Shown: positions 20,161 to 31,057, numbered from the stretch's first letter. The stretch: DNA of 64,000 bases from Candidatus Altimarinota bacterium (GCA_039809385.1 JBDHUY010000002.1:1-64000), one strand, 5' to 3'. Notes: generated from the letters alone by a model not told the origin. Numbers and translations: made by a program.

Positions 20161-21312
20161 ATGTCTCAAGTAAAAAGCATGTCCCAGCTCTTCTCCATGC
20201 AATCGGTGCCACGTAAAAAAACGATCGAGGTTAATCCTGACATAGCTCCGATCGCCAAGATCAAAGTCATCGGTATCGGGGGCGGCGGAAGCAATGCGGT
20301 GGACCGCATGGTCAAATCCGACTTCGAGGGCGTAGAATTTATTACCATCAATACGGATGCTCAGGCTCTTTTCCATTCCAGCGCTCATCAAAAGATCAAT
20401 ATCGGGAAAGGTGTAACCCGTGGTTTGGGAGCCGGAGCCAATCCCGAAATCGGAGAACGCGCCGCTAAAGAGAGCAGTGAAGAGATCAAGAGCGCGCTAC
20501 AGGGAGCTGACATGGTGTTTATTACTGCTGGTATGGGAGGCGGAACCGGTACCGGAGCCGCTCCGGTAGTTGCCGAAATCGCCAAGGAGCTCGGTGCGCT
20601 GACGGTTGGCGTAGTGACAAAACCGTTTGCGTTCGAAGGCCACCGCCGCGGAAATCTGGCACTCGACGGATTGGAAAATCTGAAATCTCACGTCGATACA
20701 CTCATTACTATTCCCAATGACCGGATCCTTTCGATTATCGATAAAAAAACGCCGCTTACCGAGGCTTTCTCGGTCGTGGACGAGATTTTGAAGCAGGGTG
20801 TCCAGGGGATTGCCGACCTGATTACGGTCAACGGTCTTATCAACGTCGACTTTGCCGACGTCAAGACTATTATGCATAATGCCGGTACCGCGCTGATGGG
20901 AATCGGCTACGGAACAGGAGAGAATAGAGCCGTGGAAGCTGCCCGGGCCGCCATTGACAGTCCGTTGCTGGAACTCTCGATCAGCGGTGCTCGCGGTCTC
21001 TTGTTCAATATTACCGGAGGTACCGATCTCTCGATGTACGAAGTTGACGAAGCTGCCAAGATCATTACCGAGGCTTCCGACCCCGAAGCCAATATCATTT
21101 TTGGCGCCGTTATCAACGATTCTTACACCGGCGAGATCAAAATCACGGTCATCGCTACCGGCTTTACCGAAGATGCGCTCCAGAGTGCCAAACAACAATC
21201 TTCTTCGCTCAAGGATAAATTGTTCGGTGCCAGTCCGGTCAAACCGGTTACCGAGAAATCGATCGAAGAAGAACTCGATATTCCGGCATTTATTCGCAAC
21301 AAGGTTCGTTAA
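20161..21312 (+). CDS. ftsZ: Cell division protein FtsZ
   Basis: [30 protein letters not shown] tail; start may be 20179/20197. Confidence 0.98.
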   Translation: MSQVKSMSQLFSMQSVPRKKTIEVNPDIAPIAKIKVIGIGGGGSNAVDRMVKSDFEGVEFITINTDAQALFHSSAHQKINIGKGVTRGLGAGANPEIGERAAKESSEEIKSALQGADMVFITAGMGGGTGTGAAPVVAEIAKELGALTVGVVTKPFAFEGHRRGNLALDGLENLKSHVDTLITIPNDRILSIIDKKTPLTEAFSVVDEILKQGVQGIADLITVNGLINVDFADVKTIMHNAGTALMGIGYGTGENRAVEAARAAIDSPLLELSISGARGLLFNITGGTDLSMYEVDEAAKIITEASDPEANIIFGAVINDSYTGEIKITVIATGFTEDALQSAKQQSSSLKDKLFGASPVKPVTEKSIEEELDIPAFIRNKVR

Positions 21313-21340
21313 TATTTCTTGGAAGGCAACTCTCCTTTTT

Positions 21341-22213
21341 ATGGATCTGTTCGTTGCCGTCAATAAGCCAAAAGGCTGGACTTCTTTTGACGTAGTCAAC
21401 AAAGCCAGGTCAATTTTTAAAGTAAAAAAAGCCGGACACAGTGGGACACTTGACCCTCTTGCCAGTGGGGTTTTGATTGTAGCACTCGGCAAGATGACCC
21501 GGCTTTTGCGCTATATGGTTTCGCATACCAAGTCCTATGAAGCTGTCATTGAACTAGGAAAGGTCAGTTCTAGTTACGATCTGGAAACGCAAGCCCAAAC
21601 AGTAGGCGTTTCTTCGATTCCGCTTATGTCAGAAGTAAATAAGGTTCTTCATCGCTTTGAAGGCAAAATCTTGCAGCAGCCTCCACCTTTTTCGGCTATT
21701 AAAGTTAATGGTCAGCGCTCATACCTTCTAACTCGACAAAATCAGACTCCGGTATTGCATCCGCGTCCGGTGGAAATTTCCCGACTGGTCTGTACGCGCT
21801 ACGAGTATCCTTTTTTAGAACTGGAAATAGATTGTGGGAGCGGTACGTATATCCGGTCGCTTGCCCACGATATTGGTCAAAATCTCTGCACAGGAGGACT
21901 GTTGTATCGGCTTACCCGTTCCCGTGTCGATACGATTTCTCTACAGCGGTGCGTTACTGTGGAAGAACTGCAGACCTTACCGATTGCGCAAACCGCTCTT
22001 TCTACGCAGGAGATACTTGATATGCTGGGGCTGCCAGTGGTGTCGGTGTCCGAGCAGCAGCATAAGGATTTGGGATACGGGAAAAAAATAGGTATCGAAC
22101 CTGTTTGCGAAGATTCCCGTAAGATCGTATGTCTTTTTGAAGGGGCAATCGTCGCGGTAGGGGAGGTCGCGAGTCGCGACAATCTGCTTCGGCCTGAAAC
22201 GGTCTTATTGTAA
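21341..22213 (+). CDS. truB: tRNA pseudouridine(55) synthase
   Basis: KP.GWTSFDVV, GHSGTLDPLASG, SGTYIRSL. Confidence 0.95.
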   Translation: MDLFVAVNKPKGWTSFDVVNKARSIFKVKKAGHSGTLDPLASGVLIVALGKMTRLLRYMVSHTKSYEAVIELGKVSSSYDLETQAQTVGVSSIPLMSEVNKVLHRFEGKILQQPPPFSAIKVNGQRSYLLTRQNQTPVLHPRPVEISRLVCTRYEYPFLELEIDCGSGTYIRSLAHDIGQNLCTGGLLYRLTRSRVDTISLQRCVTVEELQTLPIAQTALSTQEILDMLGLPVVSVSEQQHKDLGYGKKIGIEPVCEDSRKIVCLFEGAIVAVGEVASRDNLLRPETVLL

Positions 22214-22234
22214 AAAGAGAGATCTTGATCTCTT

Positions 22235-23593
22235 TCAGCCTTGTGCCCCGGTTCCCGTAAATCCGGCTGCCAGTTTTTTTCTGATAATTAAAACCTGAAT
22301 GATATTTTGAGCCAGCATGCCGATACTAAAACTGACCGGGATGGCGATAATTCCGATCGAATAGAACAGGAACGAGAGAAGCAAATAAGTTACGACGAGG
22401 CAAACTCCCTGCGAGATCATTTGCCAGAAGGTGTCGCGCATGGCGTGAAGCACGCGGGCGAGCAATTGCATTAAACTTTCGAACAGAATCACTAATCCAA
22501 AATACGAGAGCAGCGTGCCGCTAAAGGTAACCGCTTCTTCGGAGAACTTTCCGCCTTTGATCAGCAAATGCAGGAAGAGCGGCGAGAGAAAAAAGTAGAG
22601 TATGCCAAAACCGATTCCGGCACACAAAATCAAAACGAAGTACTGTTTTAATGTCTTGATAAAGGATGCCATATCGTTTTCTCCGAACGATTTGGAGAGG
22701 CTTGCAAAAGCGTCGGTAGCTAAAGAAAGAACGATGACGCTGATCGGAACGTTATAAAAGTTTCTGGCAAGATTGAGCGCAAAAATGCTGCCTTCAACTC
22801 CCGAGCGCGAGGCGTAGTTCGTAAAAAGCCAATAGTTGATATGCAAAACCGTTAACGAAATCATTTTGGGCCAGGCCAGATACCAAAAGGAAAGTAACTG
22901 CGATTTGTACGTTCTCAATTCCTGTGACCTTTTGGTAAGGTTAAAAGTCTCGTTGCGGTTTCTCCAAATTCCGGCGAAGCGAATTGTTCCATGGAGCAGC
23001 GCACCTGTCAGAGCCCCGATCACCATGCCGGTTACGCCGCTATCGTGTCCGATGACCGCCCCGATGATGATTCCGCCGTTATACATGATCGGTGCCAGGC
23101 CGTAGAAAAGAAGGTTTCTTTTTGCGACCAGAACTCCTCCCAGAAAATTGCTGACCAGAAAGATCAGGGGAGATATGAGCAGGAAACGCGAATAAAAAAG
23201 AACTTCTGACTGAAGCTGTTCGGCCGGAGTCACACTCCCGATTATCCACGGCATCAGGAAGAATACTACAACGCATACGATGATATTGATGATCAATGCC
23301 GCGGAAAGTACGATTGTAAGTACTTCATTTCTTTCTTTTTTCTGTTCGGGTTTGAACGTATGAAAAAATGGTACCAAGACCGATACCATTGCTCCAGCCA
23401 GAAACAGGTTCATGATGGTATCCGGAATAATGAATGAGGCATGATAAACATCAATCGTACTGCTTAGGCCGTAGTAATGGGCAAATACTTTGTCCCGCAC
23501 AAAACCGAGCAGGTAACTGCCCATGGTGAGTGCCGACAGATAGATGCTCTGCCGGTATAGTAAAACTTTTTTCAGCACGGTCGAAAGATGCAT
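22235..23593 (-). CDS. murJ: Lipid II flippase MurJ
   Basis: SYLLGFVRD, F.IPD, multi-TM, DT. Confidence 0.85.
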   Translation of the reverse strand: MHLSTVLKKVLLYRQSIYLSALTMGSYLLGFVRDKVFAHYYGLSSTIDVYHASFIIPDTIMNLFLAGAMVSVLVPFFHTFKPEQKKERNEVLTIVLSAALIINIIVCVVVFFLMPWIIGSVTPAEQLQSEVLFYSRFLLISPLIFLVSNFLGGVLVAKRNLLFYGLAPIMYNGGIIIGAVIGHDSGVTGMVIGALTGALLHGTIRFAGIWRNRNETFNLTKRSQELRTYKSQLLSFWYLAWPKMISLTVLHINYWLFTNYASRSGVEGSIFALNLARNFYNVPISVIVLSLATDAFASLSKSFGENDMASFIKTLKQYFVLILCAGIGFGILYFFLSPLFLHLLIKGGKFSEEAVTFSGTLLSYFGLVILFESLMQLLARVLHAMRDTFWQMISQGVCLVVTYLLLSFLFYSIGIIAIPVSFSIGMLAQNIIQVLIIRKKLAAGFTGTGAQG

Positions 23594-24414
23594 TATTTTT
23601 TCGGAAAGATTACCAACGCCCGTTTTTCGCCTTTGCCGATATCCGTGACATTCCAATCATGAATACTGCTCATCAGTTTGTCTTTTTTATAATAGAAGTC
23701 TTTGCCGCGTTTGGTACCGACATCGTTTGTGATGAAGTGGGTTTTGGTGTATCCTTTTACCACGAGCATATGATAGACCGGTCCCGGCTGTTGGTAGAAA
23801 GGATTACCTATTTCGCGGCCGGCAAGCGGTAATATGACCGGTATTTTGCTGGCGATATATCTTTGGATATCCTGTTCGGTCGGGTTTTCCAGAATCTGGA
23901 CGTTATAGCCCGGCCAGTTTTTTTCGATCACTGCTTTCATTTGAGCTACCGTAGTTGATTCCCAAGTTCCGTTGAGTATCTCCTGTTCTTTTTTTTGAAT
24001 GTTGAGGAGTTCTTTGTCGAACTCTTCGTCGGTTTGCTGACGTTTCTCAAAGTAATTAAGGACCAGCTGGACGCTGGCTTCTTCGCAAAATTCTTCGTGA
24101 GATTGGTCCCATACCCCGCCCGGTGCCTGGGGGTGAAATTCCATCTTGAGGTCGTATTTTTCAGGAATATTGTTTAGCAAAATCGCTCCTGTCGCCGTGA
24201 CCGGGGTAGTCGCGTTACGATTCCCCTGGGAAGGGGAGCCGTATTCTGCCTGCTCGACTCTCTCATTCTTTTGGAGTCCGGCCTGATTCTGTTCTTCAAA
24301 AAGAATTGCTAAACGTTGACGAAACGCAAAAGCCGTGCCTCCGGCGATCACTACAACGGCCAGAGCTACCCCGATTACTAACACGATCGGTTTTCTTTGC
24401 GGCTTTCGATGCAT
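23593..24414 (-). CDS. Membrane-anchored C39-like peptidase
   Basis: QAP...CEEAS, YHMLVVKGY, ITND. Confidence 0.8.
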   Translation of the reverse strand: MHRKPQRKPIVLVIGVALAVVVIAGGTAFAFRQRLAILFEEQNQAGLQKNERVEQAEYGSPSQGNRNATTPVTATGAILLNNIPEKYDLKMEFHPQAPGGVWDQSHEEFCEEASVQLVLNYFEKRQQTDEEFDKELLNIQKKEQEILNGTWESTTVAQMKAVIEKNWPGYNVQILENPTEQDIQRYIASKIPVILPLAGREIGNPFYQQPGPVYHMLVVKGYTKTHFITNDVGTKRGKDFYYKKDKLMSSIHDWNVTDIGKGEKRALVIFPKK

Positions 24415-24429
24415 TGTGCGAAAAATAGT

Positions 24430-25164
24430 TTACTGAATAGGATCGGCAGTATTTTTCTCCTGTACTTGACGGGAACTCCATTCTTTCCGGATCTGCTGAC
24501 CGATGCCGTTTAGTATAAATTCCGAGAAGGCTTTGACTCGCTCGTATTCGCCCTGAATTTTGACGAAGTTCAAATATTTTTCCAGTACTTTCGTGCTGAG
24601 CTGCGTCGGGGTAAGGTGCGCTTTCTGATTCTCGTAAACCGTATCGAGCACCCGCCGCATCTCTTCCAGACAGAGGAGCATAATATCTTTGACCCATTCG
24701 TTGATACGTGCCTTTACATGGGCGGGCAAATGCTGTTCGTGAAATTCCTGCGGGTTTTCCAGCGCGGTAGTTTCTTGCCGTTCGAGAGTGTCCAAGAATT
24801 CTTTTTCTTTTTGCTCCAGCGATGCGAGGTCTTCTTTTTTAAATTGTAAGGCGAGTTCTTTATAAATGTCAAAGTAGAAAAGCGAAAGCACCGCCACGAT
24901 AAAATTTACCGGAATATTCATATTCAGACAAAAGACGATCAGCTGCAAAATATCCATGTCTTTATTGCTTTTTACGAATTTGCTCAAGAGCCCGGCCAGG
25001 CTTCCGTCCCGCTTCTTGGCTTTTTCTTCTTGTTTTTGTAAAGCTTGCAGCGCGGCCTGAGCCGCCCTCATCTGTTCCTGAAATTGTTCCGCCTGTTCTT
25101 TTGTGACTTCCTGGACTTTCCCCAGGCCACCGTCAATTTCGGGATTATCGCCTAACCCGGCCAT
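24430..25164 (-). CDS. Hypothetical protein
   Basis: 244-aa ORF with coiled-coil N-terminus, co-oriented with neighbours. Confidence 0.75.
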   Translation of the reverse strand: MAGLGDNPEIDGGLGKVQEVTKEQAEQFQEQMRAAQAALQALQKQEEKAKKRDGSLAGLLSKFVKSNKDMDILQLIVFCLNMNIPVNFIVAVLSLFYFDIYKELALQFKKEDLASLEQKEKEFLDTLERQETTALENPQEFHEQHLPAHVKARINEWVKDIMLLCLEEMRRVLDTVYENQKAHLTPTQLSTKVLEKYLNFVKIQGEYERVKAFSEFILNGIGQQIRKEWSSRQVQEKNTADPIQ

Positions 25165-25555
25165 AGAAAATACATGAAAAGAAAAATTTATACCAACAGC
25201 ATACTAAATTGTTGTGCGAAAGCAACGAGAGCTTGTAAAAAATATTAGAATTTCTTTCAACATAAAAAGGATTTTATCGAGTACCTCGTTTTTACGATCG
25301 TTCATGAGAAGACAGCCGATGTTTAAAAAATACCTGGTATGGAGTGTTACAAAAATACTTTTTTGTTCGGAGAGAATTCATAGCCGAAATTTTTTAAAAT
25401 CCTTATTTCTACGATCTTCATAGATGGTTTTGATCAGCCTATTGGCAGTTTTGAGGCGAAGTATTTCAATAAAGTGTGCCAAAGAGTGTGCAGATAATCT
25501 TTGGATGTGTTTAAATGGAATCTCAATTTCATAGCCATATTTTTATAGTACAGGA

Positions 25556-26635
25556 TTATCTTGGACCAATCGTTACCAATTTATTGCCGCGCGGCTTCAC
25601 CTGGGTTTCCTGATTCTTTTTGGCTAACTGTCCGCAAGCGGCTGCGATATCGTCCCCCAGACTGACCCGGATCGTGCTTGGAATTCCGTAGCGTTCCAGA
25701 ATTTCCTGAAATTTTTTCATCCCTGCCGACTCGCTTCGTCCGTAAGGAATACCCGGAACCGGATTCCACGGAATCAGGTTGACATGCGCCAGCCGACCTT
25801 TCAGCAGTTTGCCCAAGGTCTCGGCCTGAAAAGGCGTATCGTTGACTCCTTGCAGCATCACGTATTCGTAAAAAATGCGCTTATTCGTGGATTCGGTGTA
25901 TTTGTCCAAGGTTTTCATCAATGTTTCGAGCGGATATTTCAGTTCAATCGGCATGATCTGCTTCCTGAGCTCGTCACTGGGAGCATGGAGCGAGATGGCG
26001 AGTTTGACCTGTAAGCCTGCATTGATCAATTGCTCGATCCCCGGCACGATGCCGCAGGTTGAAATCGTAATATGACGAGCGCCCTTTTCCAGTTTTTTGG
26101 GAGCGTTGATGATATGGACGGCTTCTATGACATTTTGATAGTTAAGCATTGGTTCGCCCATGCCCATAAACACGATGTTGCGAACCTGTTGCCCTTGTGC
26201 TTTGAGCAGTCGGTCAAAATGCAGTACCTGGTCGACGATTTCGTAAAAATGCAAGTTACGAAAAAAACCGAGTTTGCCCGTGGCACAAAATGTACAGCCC
26301 ATGGCGCATCCGACCTGGGAAGAAACACACAGAGTTATACGCCCTTTCAGGTGGCGCATCAGTACCGATTCGATAAACATATTGTCGCTGGTTTTAAATA
26401 CCACTTTGGTCGTGGCGTCTTTTTGGGAATCTTCGGACTTCACCAGTTCCAGACTGGTTAGAAATGTTTCTTTCTCTAATGACTCGCGTAAAGCGGTCGG
26501 AATTGTGGTTATCTGATCGATGGCTCCTGCCAGATCTTTAAAAAGCGCCTGGTGAATCTGGTTCAGTCGGTATTTTTTTTCGCCAATGGAAAGCAAAAAA
26601 TCCGTTAATTTTTTGTCGTCGAGGATCGAAAACAT
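25556..26635 (-). CDS. rlmN: Dual-specificity RNA methyltransferase RlmN
   Basis: SSQVGCAMGCTFC, MGMGEP, AACGQL. Confidence 0.96.
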   Translation of the reverse strand: MFSILDDKKLTDFLLSIGEKKYRLNQIHQALFKDLAGAIDQITTIPTALRESLEKETFLTSLELVKSEDSQKDATTKVVFKTSDNMFIESVLMRHLKGRITLCVSSQVGCAMGCTFCATGKLGFFRNLHFYEIVDQVLHFDRLLKAQGQQVRNIVFMGMGEPMLNYQNVIEAVHIINAPKKLEKGARHITISTCGIVPGIEQLINAGLQVKLAISLHAPSDELRKQIMPIELKYPLETLMKTLDKYTESTNKRIFYEYVMLQGVNDTPFQAETLGKLLKGRLAHVNLIPWNPVPGIPYGRSESAGMKKFQEILERYGIPSTIRVSLGDDIAAACGQLAKKNQETQVKPRGNKLVTIGPR

Positions 26636-26709
26636 AGTCTTTCGTAAAAAAGCATGGCTGATACTACCGGATCACTGCTCATTGAGCAAGGATATCGCTT
26701 AAGTCTGAA

Positions 26710-26860
26710 GCAGGAATCAAGAAGCATGCATCATTCCGTCTTTGCGAGGAAGCACAGCAATGTCTTGAAAGTAACACTATTTCTAGACGAAGCAATCTCT
26801 GTACTACCGTCATACATCGAAGATTGCTTCGTCTCCCACCTAATTCATCATTAATAATTC
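26710..26860. repeat. Palindromic element (GTC.TTGCGAG..GACGAAGCAATCT..AGATTGCTTCGTC type) with flanking heptamers
   Basis: Perfect 14-bp IR AGACGAAGCAATCT (26785-26798) / AGATTGCTTCGTCT (26821-26834). Confidence 0.75.
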
Positions 26861-26864
26861 TCTT

Positions 26865-28037
26865 CTATATTTCCTTACTTTTGCGCAGCTTGAGATAAGT
26901 TTCTCTATATGTAGCGTAGATGGCGCCTATATTCATCATGCCAAAGATCGTTCCCGCTATCCACCCGAAGACCGGAATCATGGTTACAAGCGAGTAAGCG
27001 GCTGTGCCGAGGGCCAGGAGTCCAATCATTTTGAGGGTAGAGGGATCTTTTTTACCGTCCCGGTGCAGCCAAAAGGCGGTGCTGAATCCGTTAAAGGCGC
27101 CCGTCACCAACAGCAGGACGATAAAGATAAACAGGAATACTAGACCCAGGTATATTCCAACTACGGTGATAAAGCTGACAATGGTAAGAGCGATCAGACT
27201 GACAATCGTTAAAAAGCCTTTTCCCAAAGATGCCGCCGGTTCCTGATAGAGCCGCCGGGTGGTTCGGATAAGTTTGTAAGGGAAGAACCAGACGAGCATA
27301 AGACCGACGATGAACGTCGAAGCAAAGGTAAACAGAAACCAGTTCAAAATTAACCAAATCCAGGCAGTTTGCCGCTGGGCCTGCCAGGCGGCATCGTGCG
27401 GTTTATATTCGAAGTTTCCCCGAACGAAATCAGTACCAAACGCGGGTTCGCGGTCAGCACTGTATTGAAGATTTCCCATAATTGCCGCACTTGTGCCCAG
27501 TGTGAATCGTTCGTCAGCTGCAATTTTGGCGTTTCCAGTTACGTTGCCGTTAAATGTAATTTCTCCGCCATTGAGTTCCATATCTTCTGACACTGTTCCG
27601 GCAAAATCGGCTACTCCTCCCGATACAAAGGAGCTTCCGGCAATACGGGTATTTTTGTCGACCCGGATGGTTCCTCCGGCGGCTAGCAGGTCGTCTCCGA
27701 TCTGCGCGCCGTCGATTTTTATATTTCCGCCGGCTACGCGCACGTCGTCGGTGATAGTTCCTTGAATATCCACGTTCCCGCCTGCCACGATCAGATCGCC
27801 GTTCACAGTGCCTTTGACCGTGATATTTCCTCCCGCGAGTACCAGGTCGCCGTTGATCGTGTTTTCAAATATGAGCGTGCCGCCGGCCGCATAGGTGTCA
27901 TCGTCGAGGCTCTCCTGCGGGGTGATCGTTTCGTCTCCGGCAAAGTGGGGCATGGCCTGGGTACTGGCCGGTATACTTAAACCGAAAAATAAACCGAGGA
28001 GCAATATCGGAAGGGATTTTCTCATGAAAAACGACAA
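26865..28037 (-). CDS. Bactofilin-like beta-helix membrane protein
   Basis: Repeated GD..AGG.I.I.G motifs followed by TM helices. Confidence 0.8.
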   Translation of the reverse strand: MSFFMRKSLPILLLGLFFGLSIPASTQAMPHFAGDETITPQESLDDDTYAAGGTLIFENTINGDLVLAGGNITVKGTVNGDLIVAGGNVDIQGTITDDVRVAGGNIKIDGAQIGDDLLAAGGTIRVDKNTRIAGSSFVSGGVADFAGTVSEDMELNGGEITFNGNVTGNAKIAADERFTLGTSAAIMGNLQYSADREPAFGTDFVRGNFEYKPHDAAWQAQRQTAWIWLILNWFLFTFASTFIVGLMLVWFFPYKLIRTTRRLYQEPAASLGKGFLTIVSLIALTIVSFITVVGIYLGLVFLFIFIVLLLVTGAFNGFSTAFWLHRDGKKDPSTLKMIGLLALGTAAYSLVTMIPVFGWIAGTIFGMMNIGAIYATYRETYLKLRKSKEI

Positions 28038-28104
28038 AATGAGATAAAGTAATTTTATCTTAGGGTGAATAAAGCATCATTGCAACTTTCAACTATTATA
28101 CCGC

Positions 28105-29130
28105 TTACTTTTCCGGGATGATCGTGCTGATGATCTTAATCGCGTCTATAGGCTTAATCCCATTAGTATTAGTATTTAATCTCCTTGAATCTTTTAATGC
28201 TTTCACTAATGCTGGTATGATCTTTTCCAAATCTCCCTGCATATTGGCATTGACCATTATATTGATGAGAAATGGTTGACTTTCCCCTAAAATGAATCTG
28301 TCCTCTTTTTTTAGAAAATCCTGTAGCCCGCCAATACCATGATCGGTAAATACGATTTTTTCGAGTGCGAATAATAATTCTGTGATGCTCATGTCAATAT
28401 CCCCTGTAGCACGCAGGCTGGAAACAAAACCGGTAGGATATTCTCTATTTTTGCTTAAATCGATAGATGTCCCGTTAATGGTAAAAACTGCGGTGTGATG
28501 AAAGTGTGGGGCTCGAACCATATCGTTACGGGGAATTTTTTGAAACTTCAATATGCTGTTAGACCCAGCTTTTACTAAAGCAGCTTGAGCTTTCGGTAGG
28601 AAAACTTCTTCAAAAAATTGATACTGATCAGTATACAAAGGAAGATTGGTGCCATTTACTCTGTTTTGTTCAACAGTTCTCTCGTTATAGAGATCCATGG
28701 CTGCCTTCTTCGCACCGCAGTTATCGTGAGGATAGAGGGTAAAGACGTTGTTCCTGATCAAGATTTTAGCAAATTCATCCATCCGATCCTGCATCCAGTA
28801 TAAAACTCCATTTCCGGCCAGAGCGTAGGTTCCTTCTTTTACTTGAGCCCCTTCGTCAATACAACCAATGCAGAGAAATGTAGATTCCGGAGTCTTCTTT
28901 TGTAAGTTGGCTGCATATGTATCACTCACGCTACCGTTTTTCCTGGTACTTGCTAATAATGTATCGTATTTTGGAGACTCAAGTTTAATATATTCAGCTA
29001 CTTGTATCGAGTCTGGAGTATCTGCCTTTTCTGGAGCTAGTGCTGTCGCTGTCGCCATAGGCGTAGCCGCTAATGCATTAACATTATCTGTAAGTGGAAA
29101 CGATTCTATTTGTGCAGTCTGGTTTTCCAT
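28105..29130 (-). CDS. Hypothetical with CxD...HxxC (beta-carbonic-anhydrase-like) motif
   Basis: CIDEG...PHDNCGA. Confidence 0.55.
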   Translation of the reverse strand: MENQTAQIESFPLTDNVNALAATPMATATALAPEKADTPDSIQVAEYIKLESPKYDTLLASTRKNGSVSDTYAANLQKKTPESTFLCIGCIDEGAQVKEGTYALAGNGVLYWMQDRMDEFAKILIRNNVFTLYPHDNCGAKKAAMDLYNERTVEQNRVNGTNLPLYTDQYQFFEEVFLPKAQAALVKAGSNSILKFQKIPRNDMVRAPHFHHTAVFTINGTSIDLSKNREYPTGFVSSLRATGDIDMSITELLFALEKIVFTDHGIGGLQDFLKKEDRFILGESQPFLINIMVNANMQGDLEKIIPALVKALKDSRRLNTNTNGIKPIDAIKIISTIIPEK

Positions 29131-29321
29131 AGTTTAGGTATAATAAATTTTACAGGCTTCGATCTTATACCTCTTTGTGATAAAGTCAACTGGTTGTCAG
29201 TTCCTTCTAAGAAAAACTAATTGACTTGTCCTTTCTTTCATCTTTTTAGTATAATAAAAAGATCACTGATTTACCAGAACTTCCTGATTCCTTGAAATTT
29301 TACCCAGTTGTTTATTATTTT

Positions 29322-29555
29322 ATGAAAAATATCTACCTAAGTATCTTCATTGTTTGCGTGGTATTCATTTTGATTGTGGGGTTTCAGAATATCATCTTCG
29401 GTCAATCCGGGTATGCCCTTACATTTCTGGTTAGCAACGGAGTTCTTATATTTATGTCGGCTATCGTCGGCGCCGTAGGGGGAGCCGCTTTCGTCATGTA
29501 TTATAATACCCGCGTAGCCGAAAATAGTCAGGACACGGAAGATGGTATTGAATAA
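29322..29555 (+). CDS. Small two-TM protein (LapA-like)
   Basis: TM-FQN-TM pattern. Confidence 0.55.
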   Translation: MKNIYLSIFIVCVVFILIVGFQNIIFGQSGYALTFLVSNGVLIFMSAIVGAVGGAAFVMYYNTRVAENSQDTEDGIE

Positions 29556-29741
29556 TAAAAGTATTCGATATCATGTACCAAAAACGCAAACATTGTAAGG
29601 ATACTATTAATAAATAGCTTTTACTGTAAATAAAAAGCTTAAATTTATATCGTATACTTTTTTTAGTCATTTTCTCTTGCATCTGTTTGGATAATGTATA
29701 AAATATGTGAACGAAGGGTGGTATCCAAATGAATAATTTTT

Positions 29742-30329
29742 ATGCTCAAAGCTCTTTTCGGTTCCCAAACCCGGGTAAAATTATTACAGATATTTTTGCT
29801 CAATCCGGACAACGAATACTTTGTGCGCGAGCTTACCCGTAAGCTTAGCGAACAGATTAACTCCGTACGCCGCGAACTTATCAACCTCAAAAAAATAGGT
29901 CTTCTCAAATTCCATTCGCGCAATCGTAAGAAATATTATTTCCTGGATAAAAGTTTTGTTCTATACCCGGAACTTAAAACGATTATCATGAAAAGCCAGG
30001 ATTCCAAGTACGATCTGGTGAAAAATCTCGGAAAATTCGGCGAGATCGATCTGTTACTTCTTTCCGGCATCTTTATCGATCAGCCTCAAAAGGACGCCGA
30101 AGTCGATCTCCTCATCGTTGGTGAAGTTCAAAAACAAAAACTGGAAAATTACCTCGAACAAAACGTAGCGAGAGACGTTAAATATACGATCATGGACAAG
30201 GATAATTTTCTCTATCGCCTGGAATATAACGACAAATTCATCATCAATATCCTCAAAGACCCCCGCAACAGCATTCCGGTCAATCATCTCAAAAAACAAA
30301 TCGACAAAGCGGTAGGGCAGTCTGCCTAG
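29742..30329 (+). CDS. wHTH + nucleotidyltransferase-like regulator
   Basis: LFGS.TRVKLL..F, YFVREL.R, NSVRREL, VDLLIVG. Confidence 0.8.
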   Translation: MLKALFGSQTRVKLLQIFLLNPDNEYFVRELTRKLSEQINSVRRELINLKKIGLLKFHSRNRKKYYFLDKSFVLYPELKTIIMKSQDSKYDLVKNLGKFGEIDLLLLSGIFIDQPQKDAEVDLLIVGEVQKQKLENYLEQNVARDVKYTIMDKDNFLYRLEYNDKFIINILKDPRNSIPVNHLKKQIDKAVGQSA

Positions 30330-30433
30330 CTTTTTTGTGCCGTTCCTCTTGCATTTTGCCCACGCCTCCTATACTATACTTTGCGCTTACTCGATATAAA
30401 GCAACCGCTTATTTTTTATTGTCTTCTTTCCCC

Positions 30434-31000
30434 ATGAATGCAAAGAAAAGCCCCACTGCTACGAAAAAAAACAATTCTGCTCCCGCAACGGTAGATACCC
30501 TTAAACCGGGGCAAGTCGTAAAAATTCACCAGCGTATCAAAGAAGGTAATAAAGAGCGTATCCAGATTTTTGAAGGTATTATCATCGATACCAAAGGGAA
30601 AAACGCCGCAACGCAGATGTTTACGGTCAGAAAAGTCGTGGACGGAGTGGGAGTTGAAAAGATTTTCCCTACAGCTTCGGCCTTTATTCAAAAAATCGAA
30701 GTCGTCAAGGTAGCCAAAGTACGCCGTTCAAACCTGGGATATCTGAGAACCCGTACCGGTAAATCGGCTCGAATGAAAGACGAACGTATTACCAGTTTGC
30801 TCTTCGGCCAGTCTTCGGTTTCCGAGACGCCAATTGAAGAGTCGATTCCCGAAGAAGCAGTTGTCGTAGAAAACGCCAACAGCGAAGGTATGCCCACTTC
30901 TTCCGAAGCGGAGGGCGTAAATGCTATGGAGGGCACCGATAGTTCCGCAAATCCGCAGGAAGAAACAGCCGAATCTGTCGAGCAGAAGGCAGATGCTTAA
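30434..31000 (+). CDS. rplS: 50S ribosomal protein L19 with acidic C-extension
   Basis: IKEGNKERIQIFEG, FTVRK, GVEKIFP, VRR..L.YLR. Confidence 0.95.
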   Translation: MNAKKSPTATKKNNSAPATVDTLKPGQVVKIHQRIKEGNKERIQIFEGIIIDTKGKNAATQMFTVRKVVDGVGVEKIFPTASAFIQKIEVVKVAKVRRSNLGYLRTRTGKSARMKDERITSLLFGQSSVSETPIEESIPEEAVVVENANSEGMPTSSEAEGVNAMEGTDSSANPQEETAESVEQKADA

Positions 31001-31057
31001 GAAATCGAGCAATTTTTTAAAATGGAGAAGAGCGGATATCCCTCTCTTTTTTATGGT

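Noticed and set aside
20954-21340. Long N-terminal extension of TruB overlapping ftsZ
   Set aside because: TruB homology starts at ATG 21341; the upstream part is an alternate frame of ftsZ
20497-21492. 331-aa minus-strand ORF
   Set aside because: Antisense shadow of ftsZ with no motifs
25200-25550. Possible small ORF or pseudogene between rlmN and the next gene
   Set aside because: The open frame lacks a start codon and a recognisable motif
29715-29726. AGGGTGGTATCC, T-box-like
   Set aside because: Bulge does not match UGGNACC and there are no flanking helices or Stem I
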